From Candidatus Obscuribacteraceae bacterium (lineage in GTDB: Bacteria > Cyanobacteriota > Vampirovibrionia > Obscuribacterales > Obscuribacteraceae): a DNA stretch of 64,000 nucleotides. The position numbers and the translations under genes are program-made. The stretch is from assembly GCA_044226015.1 (NCBI GenBank), contig JBGAHS010000005.1, positions 544,001-608,000 on the forward strand. Reading direction: 5' to 3'. Below are positions 13,184 to 22,248 of this stretch, piece by piece (positions within the stretch are counted from its first letter, which is position 1; each line of letters starts with the position of its first letter). Under the pieces are notes generated by a model. It ran no database searches. It was not told where the DNA came from and saw only the letters and a program-made list of their open reading frames with translations.

Positions 13184-15462
13184 CAGAGAATGGAAATATC
13201 AACCCCGAGTCGTTTTAAGATTTCTGGACTCAGTAGAATATTCTGTTTGAGTGGTGTGCGTCCGAACGCAGCCAGCACTACCAGATTTTTTGGGGCAGCG
13301 TTTCTCGACTTGAATGAGTCTCTGTCTCTATCATTTCTGTCCCTGTCATTCCTATCTCGGTTATCTCGACCGCGGTCTTTGCCTCCTGGTCGATTGGACT
13401 GAGCATTGTTGCTAGCTGAACCTGCTGCTTCTCCAATAATTGATGCACCTATTATTTGCTTTTCTTCTCTGAACCTGTCGTGCACAAATTTAGGCGAGCG
13501 AAATTCAAAGATTGGTGTCTTTGCCTGTGCTCTACCCATCTTATTTTGTAGTGGCAATAGCGACGGCTTTCCATCGTCCTCTGTGAACAGAACTACCGTG
13601 CATTCTCTTTGTTTGAACTGTCCGATTGAATGTTCGTGGATGCTCATCAAAACTTCGTTGGAAGCAATGAAATCCAGCGACGGTTTTTCCAGCGCCTGCC
13701 TCGAGTGGTACAAAAGTGTGTCAACCTGAGAGCGTCCCTCTTCTTTCGGAACCACTCCGATTACTTTGATAAGTTCGCGCTCTCTCACAATAGCTGCACC
13801 CACGATGGGCCGGCGGTTGCGGTAAGTCTCGAACAAAGAGCGAGAGTCGATAAAATCGAAGCTGCGATAACGGGTAATTATGCGGCCATCTTCCGCTTTC
13901 TTTGAAACCAGTTCCAGCTTGCTCAAATCGATTTTTGGAACTTTCTTTTCCGCTGATTGTGTCTCAGTTGCGCTTTCATGTTCGTGTTCATGAGTTTCAT
14001 GAGTATGCTCATCATGACTATCCGGAGCATCTAAATCGACATCATCGAGAGATGACTCTCTGGTCAACGACTCGGCATCTAGATTATGGATGTCGGAGTC
14101 GTCAGCATCGGGCATTTCGTCGCCAGTGGTTTCGGTTTCGTGCTCATGCTTCTTTTCTGTAGCTGCTTCATCGGAATGTTCCTCATGATCATGAGTCTCC
14201 TCATGGTCATGCTGTTCATCTGACGAGAGATGCTCTCCAGGCTCTTGTGCTGGTGCTTCACCCTTCTCTTGTTGTTCAGTTTTTTCGTCTTCGGCAAGTT
14301 CGAAAAGCAACACATAAGCTTCTTTATGTATCTTCCTGTTCTTGCTCATTTTGAACAACTCGCCAAGGACTTCATGAGATTCGACGAATGCTCGACCAGG
14401 TCTGCCAACAGCTTCCTTCGAAAGCGACAGCAAAACCCGCACTTGGTCGCCATTTTCACGTGGTCGAGGAAGCACACCATAGCTATGTGTAAGTTTACCT
14501 TGCGAGATGATGCACGCACCGACAATCGGTGGACCACCTCTGAACATGCGATAGATTCTCGTTTCATCGGCAAATTCGCGTGGACGGAATCTTGTGAAAA
14601 TTCTTCCATCCGGCGCCGGTCGGAGTACCAATTCTGGGTCTGGCTGGTCGTCAGCTATAGCACCAGATGTGGTATCAGTACTTACCGACACTGTGCTAGC
14701 TTCAATTAGTCCTGAATTAAACGCCAAAGTCACCGATTCACTTTTATTGCATTGAGTGAAATTACCTTCGATGGACTGTAGCTGTACGCTCGATTCGCTG
14801 AATGACTCAGAGACGCGAACACCCTCCATTAGTGTTGACGATGCCAGAGTTTGTAGACTCTCAGCAGCAGCGAGTTCAATTGAAATGTTTACGGAGCTAA
14901 TGCTCACCTGTGAATGCTCAAGGGTCGCGCTGACTGTGTTCGTCTGCTCAGTACTCTTGTCAATTTGCTTTTCCTGGCGATGCTTACCGTGCCCGTGCTT
15001 CTTGGCATTAGCTGCTACACTCGACTTGCGGAAAAGCAGCACATACGCACCTTCTGGTAGCTTTTTCGAAGCACTGCGTCTTAGTTTGCCCAAAATGGGG
15101 TGTGAGCGCACCCAATCTCTGACCTTCTTCCGTTTTGCGATTTCAATGTCTTTGATGTGAGTTTCAAGGTGCTTTTGAATCATTTCCAGGTGCTCAGCGG
15201 CTTGCTCCCTGGTATTCATCGCTTCAAGAGCATTTGGCTCTGTAGTAAAACTCTTCAGAGGTGGAGTGTTGCCAATGATCTCAGAAAGCTCTTTGACAGC
15301 TTTCTGGGCGACATCTCCCTCATTATTCTCATTTTCGGAAATAAACTTCTTGCAAGAAAGGACTGAGGACAGCACGGCTTTCGTCGCCTTCGTCTTGTCA
15401 CTCGCCTGTTTCGAGTGAAATTTATCAACAGCTTTCTTTGCTCTTTCGAGAAACTCGTCCAT
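13183..15462 (-). CDS. Hypothetical protein with three copies of an uncharacterised domain and His/acidic and RD low-complexity inserts
   Basis: Long ORF; likely start ATG 15462 (MDEFLE) after AAGGAAGG; internal repeats DGRIxTRxR...PIVGAxI and SHxxL...YVLLF. Confidence 0.85.
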   Translation of the reverse strand: MDEFLERAKKAVDKFHSKQASDKTKATKAVLSSVLSCKKFISENENNEGDVAQKAVKELSEIIGNTPPLKSFTTEPNALEAMNTREQAAEHLEMIQKHLETHIKDIEIAKRKKVRDWVRSHPILGKLRRSASKKLPEGAYVLLFRKSSVAANAKKHGHGKHRQEKQIDKSTEQTNTVSATLEHSQVSISSVNISIELAAAESLQTLASSTLMEGVRVSESFSESSVQLQSIEGNFTQCNKSESVTLAFNSGLIEASTVSVSTDTTSGAIADDQPDPELVLRPAPDGRIFTRFRPREFADETRIYRMFRGGPPIVGACIISQGKLTHSYGVLPRPRENGDQVRVLLSLSKEAVGRPGRAFVESHEVLGELFKMSKNRKIHKEAYVLLFELAEDEKTEQQEKGEAPAQEPGEHLSSDEQHDHEETHDHEEHSDEAATEKKHEHETETTGDEMPDADDSDIHNLDAESLTRESSLDDVDLDAPDSHDEHTHETHEHEHESATETQSAEKKVPKIDLSKLELVSKKAEDGRIITRYRSFDFIDSRSLFETYRNRRPIVGAAIVRERELIKVIGVVPKEEGRSQVDTLLYHSRQALEKPSLDFIASNEVLMSIHEHSIGQFKQRECTVVLFTEDDGKPSLLPLQNKMGRAQAKTPIFEFRSPKFVHDRFREEKQIIGASIIGEAAGSASNNAQSNRPGGKDRGRDNRDRNDRDRNDRDRDSFKSRNAAPKNLVVLAAFGRTPLKQNILLSPEILKRLGVDISIL

Positions 15463-15535
15463 ATATACCTTCCTTGGCAGCTTTATTTTAACGCTTTTGA
15501 ATAAAAGGAAGGTCAAACGTCAAGATGATTTCACA

Positions 15536-16885
15536 TCAGGTTTCAATAAGAGGTTGATATTCCTCTTCATCAAACCCGAAAGTCCAGGCTATAGCTTGCT
15601 GAGCAGTTTGCATATCCGGAGGAACCCGCAAGAAATAATCCTTGAAAGTGCCGTCAGGTTCTGGAGAGGAATTGACGACCTTTACCATCACAAGATCCTC
15701 ATCACCAGGAATTTCTTTCTTGTAGAGCGTTCCAAACGAATCGCTTTGAACTTCTTCGGCACCGGTGTCTTGTAAATATCTGAATTGTCCATATTTCTCT
15801 ATTAATACTCTGCGAGTCTCAGCATTGGGGCATTTGTCGATATGGTCGATTGTAATGGAATCCGGATTCGTGATTATCCATTCGTCCACAATTACCCCGT
15901 GCCAGGCGAATTCCATAAATTCGTCGTTAAATTCCAGGCAAGGACCCTCGGCACCATGAAAACGTCCAGCATCATCGATATTGAACTGAAGCGGTTTTTC
16001 ACAGACAAACATGACATGTTCAAAGCAAATGGCTGCAAGCACGTTCTCGGCTAAATGATTCCATGCGTCTATTTCATTTGAATAATTATCGAAAGCCTTT
16101 TCGTCAACCTCCTGGCGCCAAATTTGCGCTAAGCTCGGCCACACAATTGACATAGGAAGCCAGGTGCAGTGTTTCAACTGATGACTTGGTTCCGCGCCCA
16201 TTCGAGCAACCAGCGAACTCAAAGTGTTGCTGCAACTAGTGAAGGTTTCTTCGAGTTTTGCTTTGTAAGGCAAAAATTGATCCAACTGCTTTTGGTGCAA
16301 TTCCCAATACGACTTCCTTGGATCAAACTCTTCTGCCAACTCTGCCGACAGTTGCTTCAATCTGTCTTGTACAGGGTTGAGGTGCCACAAACGCATTGCC
16401 CAGAACTGTCGATATATTATTTCTTTTGGCAACTTGTTTTCAAAGGAGGCTAACTTTCCTGACTTTGCCCAACTAGACAACTCTGACTTTAGCTGCGCGA
16501 TAAGTGCATTTTCGAGGTGTTCATATTGCGTTCCAACCCTACTTGTGTGGCGCATTCCGTTAAGTAATTGCTGTCCGCCATGAATCCAAAGTTGCTCCCA
16601 GATTTCGTTGAAATCAGCTTCCCATGCCTCGTCGATTGCTCTGTCTAAAAGAAGACCTGATGCAATCTGCCAGGCATCGCTGAAGAAGATACCAATTAGC
16701 AGTGATGGAAGCGTAGCAAGCTGATATGGACTTTGGCACCACACAATTGCTGGTGACTCCCACCCCATGCAGGCGTATAGCGAATCTGCAGCAGCTTGTG
16801 TTAAACCTCTGCGCCCTAACTGATGCTCTTCGGCAAAAGAAAATCTCTTGCCGAGTTCTTTCTCAAAACGCTCTGCTAGAGCCAT
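15536..16885 (-). CDS. DUF6745-like protein
   Basis: C-terminal FHxxxGP...AWHGV...NAETRRVLIEKYG...VKVVNSSPEPDGTFKDYFLRVPP...AIAWTFG pattern recognised as DUF6745-like. Confidence 0.75.
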   Translation of the reverse strand: MALAERFEKELGKRFSFAEEHQLGRRGLTQAAADSLYACMGWESPAIVWCQSPYQLATLPSLLIGIFFSDAWQIASGLLLDRAIDEAWEADFNEIWEQLWIHGGQQLLNGMRHTSRVGTQYEHLENALIAQLKSELSSWAKSGKLASFENKLPKEIIYRQFWAMRLWHLNPVQDRLKQLSAELAEEFDPRKSYWELHQKQLDQFLPYKAKLEETFTSCSNTLSSLVARMGAEPSHQLKHCTWLPMSIVWPSLAQIWRQEVDEKAFDNYSNEIDAWNHLAENVLAAICFEHVMFVCEKPLQFNIDDAGRFHGAEGPCLEFNDEFMEFAWHGVIVDEWIITNPDSITIDHIDKCPNAETRRVLIEKYGQFRYLQDTGAEEVQSDSFGTLYKKEIPGDEDLVMVKVVNSSPEPDGTFKDYFLRVPPDMQTAQQAIAWTFGFDEEEYQPLIET

Positions 16886-16891
16886 ACTATC

Positions 16892-17206
16892 TTAGTCGAG
16901 AACCAGTCGTGAGCTGTTAGGCACGTACTCTCTCTGATGAACGATGCGATAAACTCCAGGATTTAGCGCAATGGTTGAGTGTTCTTCATGCACCAACTTT
17001 GCTCCTGCATCGCCCACAACGAGGTATCTTACGTCGCCCTGCGCGTACATTTTTGCTTCCATTTGCGCCACTGCGTGAGCGTGACCTGTGACTTCGCCGT
17101 ATGCAAGCACGATGCGATCAGAAGGTGGAAGTTCTTCGGCGCCGCCTGGAAGTTCCTCGGCTTTTACTAGAAGCACATCGCCCTGGCGGTACATTTCCGT
17201 TTTCAT
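16892..17206 (-). CDS. Small conserved His-motif protein (YRQGDV...GEVTGHAH...HEEH...QREY), usual partner of DUF6745
   Basis: Motifs seen in translation; GGAG RBS; 6 nt upstream of the DUF6745-like gene. Confidence 0.8.
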   Translation of the reverse strand: MKTEMYRQGDVLLVKAEELPGGAEELPPSDRIVLAYGEVTGHAHAVAQMEAKMYAQGDVRYLVVGDAGAKLVHEEHSTIALNPGVYRIVHQREYVPNSSRLVLD

Positions 17207-17461
17207 CAGATACTCTCCGGTAGACGCTATTCAATTATGGCATATTTGGTACTGTTTGGCAGAACGTTACTTAGGTCAGGGGCTCGAATGACTTCAAGAG
17301 TGTCCAATGTCACTTCAGAATTGGCACTGAGATTGTTATTCTAGATTCAGAGCTGACGAGAACAGCTCTGAGTAATCAGACCCAAGCTCGCATCACCAGT
17401 AAACCACAGAGCGTTGTGGTCTGGTTCTCTGCAGTCATTTCATCAACACAAAGGAGATTAG

Positions 17462-17947
17462 TTGATGTCAAAAGATAAACAGATCAGCAGAGTAGTCGAG
17501 AACGTAAGTCAAAAGGCTTTTCGGGTAAGTGATGTGTCCGAGGAGTTGATTGCTAAAGGATTGGAATCTTTCGAAGCCGTGATATATGGGGCGCGTTTTG
17601 TAGCGCATCGCTTTCCGAATTTCCGGCTTATAGAAGTATCCGAGAACGACCTTGTGATTTCGTCGGAACTTCAATATGAAATCCATGTGAATTTCAATCC
17701 TGAAAAAAAGGCAATTGCGTCTTACTTTCTGACACCAGAAATGATTCTTACTTCAAGAGATATGCCTGAGGAAATCTGGCGATTAAACGGACTCAAAGCA
17801 TCGCGTACAGTAATGTCGCGATACCAAGAAAGAGGAATAGAAAACATCATCTATTCGTGGTTTGTTCAGCTGAGTGATTTTGATGAACTTGGTTGGCCGA
17901 TCGAGGGACTGAGCTCAAAAGACCTGAGCAACAGGAAAGCTAGTTAG
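17462..17947 (+). CDS. Hypothetical protein
   Basis: 161 aa ORF with AAGGAG RBS at 17451 and a terminator downstream. Confidence 0.75.
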   Translation: MMSKDKQISRVVENVSQKAFRVSDVSEELIAKGLESFEAVIYGARFVAHRFPNFRLIEVSENDLVISSELQYEIHVNFNPEKKAIASYFLTPEMILTSRDMPEEIWRLNGLKASRTVMSRYQERGIENIIYSWFVQLSDFDELGWPIEGLSSKDLSNRKAS

Positions 17948-17962
17948 TCATCTTGCACAAAT

Positions 17963-18001
17963 AAGAAGCACCTCTGCGAAGGGGTGCTTCTTTCGCTTTT
18001 T
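17963..18001 (+). terminator. Intrinsic terminator
   Basis: aagaagcacctc-tgcgaa-ggggtgcttctt hairpin followed by T-rich tract. Confidence 0.75.
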
Positions 18002-18169
18002 GGAGCATTGCAATTCTGTCGGGCGCTTACTAGATCGGACCGTCGTAATCCTATCTGCATAGTGGAGCTATATGTCATATCTACGAAAATTTTGAATGCG
18101 GATCCAAGGGCTTGTTCCCACCCTCTTAGATACGCTGTGACGCCATCATTATCATGCTTGCGTCTTCTT

Positions 18170-18201
18170 TAAGAAGAAAGAGGGCGGCTCGAAAGCCGCC
18201 C
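18170..18201 (-). terminator. Intrinsic terminator of the EEP gene
   Basis: gggcggct-cgaa-agccgccc perfect 8-bp stem, followed on the minus strand by tctttcttctt. Confidence 0.75.
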
Positions 18202-18230
18202 AACCCTGCCTTTGCAATTCCTGTTATCTG

Positions 18231-20003
18231 TTATTTTCCTACTGAAAGCGAGGTGGTTAACAGAGCGTGGTCTGACAAGCCTCTCGTGATCAATGGGTTC
18301 TTGAAGAACGGATTTGTGTACTGGTCTCCTAGCTTACCAGAAAGACCTCTATGCAAGAAGCCGTCGAGTCTTCCTCCCATAGCTTGGGTTGATGAGCTGT
18401 CGTTAGGATTGTGAATCGCGAATCCAGCATTTTTCAACGCGTTCAATTCGGTTGTCTTGTCCAGGAATGTGTTCCAGTCACCAGCTATGATGCCTTTGAA
18501 GTTTGGTCCTAGTTCGCGGGCGAGAATTTCAGCTTGCAATGTACGAACGGGTGCTGTCTGTTCCGGTCCGCCTCTCATAGACTTGAGGTGAACAACAACG
18601 CCTGAGAAGGAATCACCAGATGTAGCGTCGGTAACATCTACTTTGAAGGCTGGACGCAAATCAGGAATATTGTGCACGTTAGCCACTGCATCTATTGATT
18701 CTGTTCCGGTTATTTTAAGTCTCGGGTGAATCAAGAAACCAACAGCTTGTCCTCTGCTGTTCTCAGCAGAAATTGCATAATTGTATCCAGTGTCTTTTGC
18801 AACTTGCTTAAGACCTTCTGTATTTACTTCTTCAACGAAAAGCAAGTGGTGTTTCGGAACAATTTGTTTGTATGTATCAGCGAAGTATCTGGCTTTGTCG
18901 GCTGTTAAGAATTCCATGTTCCATTCGCCGATTCTTAGGTCGCCAGTCGTGCCAGCGTTTGGCATCTTGTCTGTGATCTTCGCAACTTCAGCTGCGACAA
19001 CTTTTGCATCTGGCAATGGACGTGGCTTCTTGTCGCCCTTGAATGCCTGTAAAACATCGAGACTTCTATCAGGATGTTCGAATCCCAATTTTACGATTTC
19101 ATCTTGCGTCAACCTATGGAAATCTTCTGGATGAGGATATTGAACCTTATTGTCCTTGAGGAAATCAGAGTATTCCCTTTGAATTCTCGCGATCTCTGCA
19201 AAAGCTGATTTTGATTCCGCTGGCAGCTGGTCAAGTCGTACTTTGCTTGGATCCATCTGACGTTCCATTATTGAGCGAGCTGTATCATATCTAGCTTGCT
19301 CTGCAGCCTTCTGGCTTTCGGTTACTTTTCTTGTCACATAATCTGCTGTTACGCCCATGACTGTGTTCATCGTCATGCCCTGGACAGCGCCTTGCAATGC
19401 TGCATCGTTGCTGGCAAGTTTTCCGTTGGAGAAGAACTGTGATGCTTCCGTCATCACGCCACCGCCGATGAAACCAACCGCCGGATAGGCAAGAGCTTTT
19501 TGCAAGGGTGCTAGACCCTTGATCATATCGTTGCCTTTGCTGAATACAGCAACTCCTACGCCCATTCCTATCGCATTGCCAAGGCGAGTATGATGTTCAT
19601 CTGGCTTTTGCAGAGCACCATATATGCTGGCACCAGCGATGGATGCGTACCTTTCTGATGTGAGGTAAGGATTTAGAGCATTGCCGAGTGCTGTGCCTGC
19701 TAGACCTCTGTCTGTAGCGCGCATGGCAGAACCAGCTGCTGCGCCAGCGATCATGAATGGTACGGCGGCGCCGATACCACTTGAGAGTCCTTGAGCGAAC
19801 CATTCTGTACTATAAGGTTTGGCTTCTCCCGTTTTCAGGTGTACCTCAGGCAAGCTCGCGAGGTTTGCTGCCGTGTTGTAAACTCCCAGGGGACCAGCAT
19901 TAATTGCTGGGTTCAAAACATTTTCCTGCATCCATTGGGGGGAGAATTTAGATGCTTGTTCTGGTGCCAATAACTCGGCTACTGTGTGGACACGGTCTGT
20001 CAT
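18231..20003 (-). CDS. Endonuclease/exonuclease/phosphatase (EEP, DNase I-like) domain fused to an N-terminal Gly/Ala-rich hydrophobic domain
   Basis: EEP motifs WNME, FVEEV, VHLKS, AGDWN, RLD, SDH in the C-terminal ~240 aa; GGAGG RBS. Confidence 0.88.
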   Translation of the reverse strand: MTDRVHTVAELLAPEQASKFSPQWMQENVLNPAINAGPLGVYNTAANLASLPEVHLKTGEAKPYSTEWFAQGLSSGIGAAVPFMIAGAAAGSAMRATDRGLAGTALGNALNPYLTSERYASIAGASIYGALQKPDEHHTRLGNAIGMGVGVAVFSKGNDMIKGLAPLQKALAYPAVGFIGGGVMTEASQFFSNGKLASNDAALQGAVQGMTMNTVMGVTADYVTRKVTESQKAAEQARYDTARSIMERQMDPSKVRLDQLPAESKSAFAEIARIQREYSDFLKDNKVQYPHPEDFHRLTQDEIVKLGFEHPDRSLDVLQAFKGDKKPRPLPDAKVVAAEVAKITDKMPNAGTTGDLRIGEWNMEFLTADKARYFADTYKQIVPKHHLLFVEEVNTEGLKQVAKDTGYNYAISAENSRGQAVGFLIHPRLKITGTESIDAVANVHNIPDLRPAFKVDVTDATSGDSFSGVVVHLKSMRGGPEQTAPVRTLQAEILARELGPNFKGIIAGDWNTFLDKTTELNALKNAGFAIHNPNDSSSTQAMGGRLDGFLHRGLSGKLGDQYTNPFFKNPLITRGLSDHALLTTSLSVGK

Positions 20004-20389
20004 GGTGTCACTACCTCCAACTTATGTAACAATGATTTGTTTCTTGCTCGTAATAAAACATGGGACTTTTACGCAAGCGTCTACGTGATACCCGGGATGA
20101 AGACGACCGCATCAGAGGCTGTTTTGCGCGTTGTCTAAGCGTTTTCGAGTTTTCTTAAAGGTCTTCAATCTTGGCTCTAACAGGGCGTTTTCGGCACTTT
20201 TCTGAAACTGCGCTCATCTTGCTTTGACGCGAAAAGTCCTTATATGAGCGGCTTTTCAGTAAACGCGAAGCATGTTTTTTTCTCTGTTTGCCCTTGCTGT
20301 CTACAATATGAGATGCGTCCAATCTTCAAGGAGTCATTGCGCGAAAGACTTGACAAAGTGGGAATAACTGATGCAGCAACGGAATTGAA

Positions 20390-22246
20390 GTGATGGACCA
20401 GATTTTAGAGAGCAAATTGAGTTCTTTATCCGACGGTCTGCCCGAGCGGTACAAGATAATTGGAACCCTCGGGCATGGTGGTATGGGGGCTGTGTTCCAT
20501 GCCATGGATGTACAGCTTCAGCGCGAAGTTGCGATAAAGTTTTTGATCTTTGAAGGAAACGAGGACAGCTCACTGCAAGAGAGATTCTTGAAAGAAGCTA
20601 AGACCCTTGCTAGTTTGAATCATCCAAATATTGTGCGCTTCTTTACCTCAGGCATCAGCGCGAATGGTGTTCCTTTTCATGTCATGGAATTTTTGCAAGG
20701 TTCGTCGCTGGCTGAGGAAATGAAAAATCACCCTCAGCAAGTGAGAGGAAATTTGCCCACAATAGCAACGCAACTCTTATCGGCATTAGAGCATGCGCAT
20801 AATCATGAGATAGCTCATCGCGATTTGAAGCCCAGTAACATAATTCTATGTCACGATGAAAATGGCGACTTGAACGTTAAACTCATAGATTTTGGAATCG
20901 CGCGTCAACTTGATGCAGATGCTGGAAAAACATTGACTAGATCTAGTGCAATCTTGGGAAGTCCCGGCTATATGAGTCCTGAGCAATGCATGGGTCAAAG
21001 AGGTGACAAGCGGTCAGATATTTATTCGTTTGCTTGCGTTTTGCACGAGATCATTAGCGGGAAGCCAGTTTTTGAAGGAGAAACTGGCATTCAAATTATG
21101 TACAAACAAATGAATGAAGACATCGCAAAATTGCAATTGAATGGGAAAGGCGATGGAGATAAGAGTTCAGAGCTTTCCGATATTATCGATGCGTGTCTAC
21201 AGAGAGAGCCCTCAACGCGCCCATCTTCGGCAGCCGAAATCAGTCGGCGCCTTAGTCAATTGAGTGAGCATGAATGGAAAGGACTTCAGCTAGCACAGGT
21301 ACAGAATAGTGGTTTGGGAGCAGCTAAGAGTCTTTTGCTGAAGGTATGGATACCTGTTTTTGTGCTGCTACTTTTTTGTGCAATTCTGTTCTTTTGTGCT
21401 CCAAAACCTTTGAATGACTCAATGAGAATTGAGAAAGCTACCATTCTCTCGCCAGCACGAGACCAAAAAGCCGCCATAGAACATGCAAAGGCTAGTTTGA
21501 AGTTTGCATTGCATGATTATGCAGCAACGAAGAAGAATGATGATGAGTTTGGTGATAAGGTGGATTCTGTTCTGTATTCATACAACAGGCTCATAAAGGT
21601 TCAAGTCAATTCTGGAAACGTGTCTGATCTTGCAGCGGCTGATGCAACATGTGCTCAGCAAATTGCATTCTGTGTTAAAGAGAAGAATAAACAGGGTGAA
21701 CTCCGAGCACTCGTAACTCGTGCAGATCTTGCGTTGAGGCGAAAATCATTGAAAGATGCCGAACTTTATTTTGGAATGGCCGCCAAAATCGTCAATTCAG
21801 GAAATGATCATAGGAAATTAGAACTGCAAGACCTGATAATACATCGAACGAATTACTATTTGGTTACTCGCAAATTTGACGAAGCGCTAGCAGGTTTGGA
21901 GGAGGTTCATCAGATTTGGAAAAGTCATCAGGATAGTCCAAATATAGCTGTAAATCATGATCAAACCATCGACCCTAATGGACCAGATCGAATCGAATTG
22001 TTTCTTCAAGTAGTCGATAATTTTAGAGTGATCAGCGACAGAACTTTCAAAAACGCTTCCGAGTCAGAGAAAACTGCAATTTTGAAACTGTATAGGGTTT
22101 TCATCCAACTCTGTATGGATACCAGTAGCCACACAGAAGGAGCCGAGCTTGCTAAAGAAGCTCAAATCAAAGAGGCAGCGGTTGAAGGTCATGATGACAC
22201 AAAACGTGAGTTGAAGGCTGTTATCCTGAAACTTTTCGAGAAATAA
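20390..22246 (+). CDS. Ser/Thr protein kinase with TM helix and TPR-like C-terminal domain
   Basis: GHGGMG, VAIK, HRDLKPSN, DFG, YMSPE; hydrophobic segment VWIPVFVLLLFCAILFF. Confidence 0.93.
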   Translation: MMDQILESKLSSLSDGLPERYKIIGTLGHGGMGAVFHAMDVQLQREVAIKFLIFEGNEDSSLQERFLKEAKTLASLNHPNIVRFFTSGISANGVPFHVMEFLQGSSLAEEMKNHPQQVRGNLPTIATQLLSALEHAHNHEIAHRDLKPSNIILCHDENGDLNVKLIDFGIARQLDADAGKTLTRSSAILGSPGYMSPEQCMGQRGDKRSDIYSFACVLHEIISGKPVFEGETGIQIMYKQMNEDIAKLQLNGKGDGDKSSELSDIIDACLQREPSTRPSSAAEISRRLSQLSEHEWKGLQLAQVQNSGLGAAKSLLLKVWIPVFVLLLFCAILFFCAPKPLNDSMRIEKATILSPARDQKAAIEHAKASLKFALHDYAATKKNDDEFGDKVDSVLYSYNRLIKVQVNSGNVSDLAAADATCAQQIAFCVKEKNKQGELRALVTRADLALRRKSLKDAELYFGMAAKIVNSGNDHRKLELQDLIIHRTNYYLVTRKFDEALAGLEEVHQIWKSHQDSPNIAVNHDQTIDPNGPDRIELFLQVVDNFRVISDRTFKNASESEKTAILKLYRVFIQLCMDTSSHTEGAELAKEAQIKEAAVEGHDDTKRELKAVILKLFEK

Positions 22247-22248
22247 CT

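Noticed and set aside
17352..17375. CTGACGA, a hammerhead ribozyme core-like sequence
   Set aside because: No stem II followed by GAAA; the motif sits within a simple hairpin.
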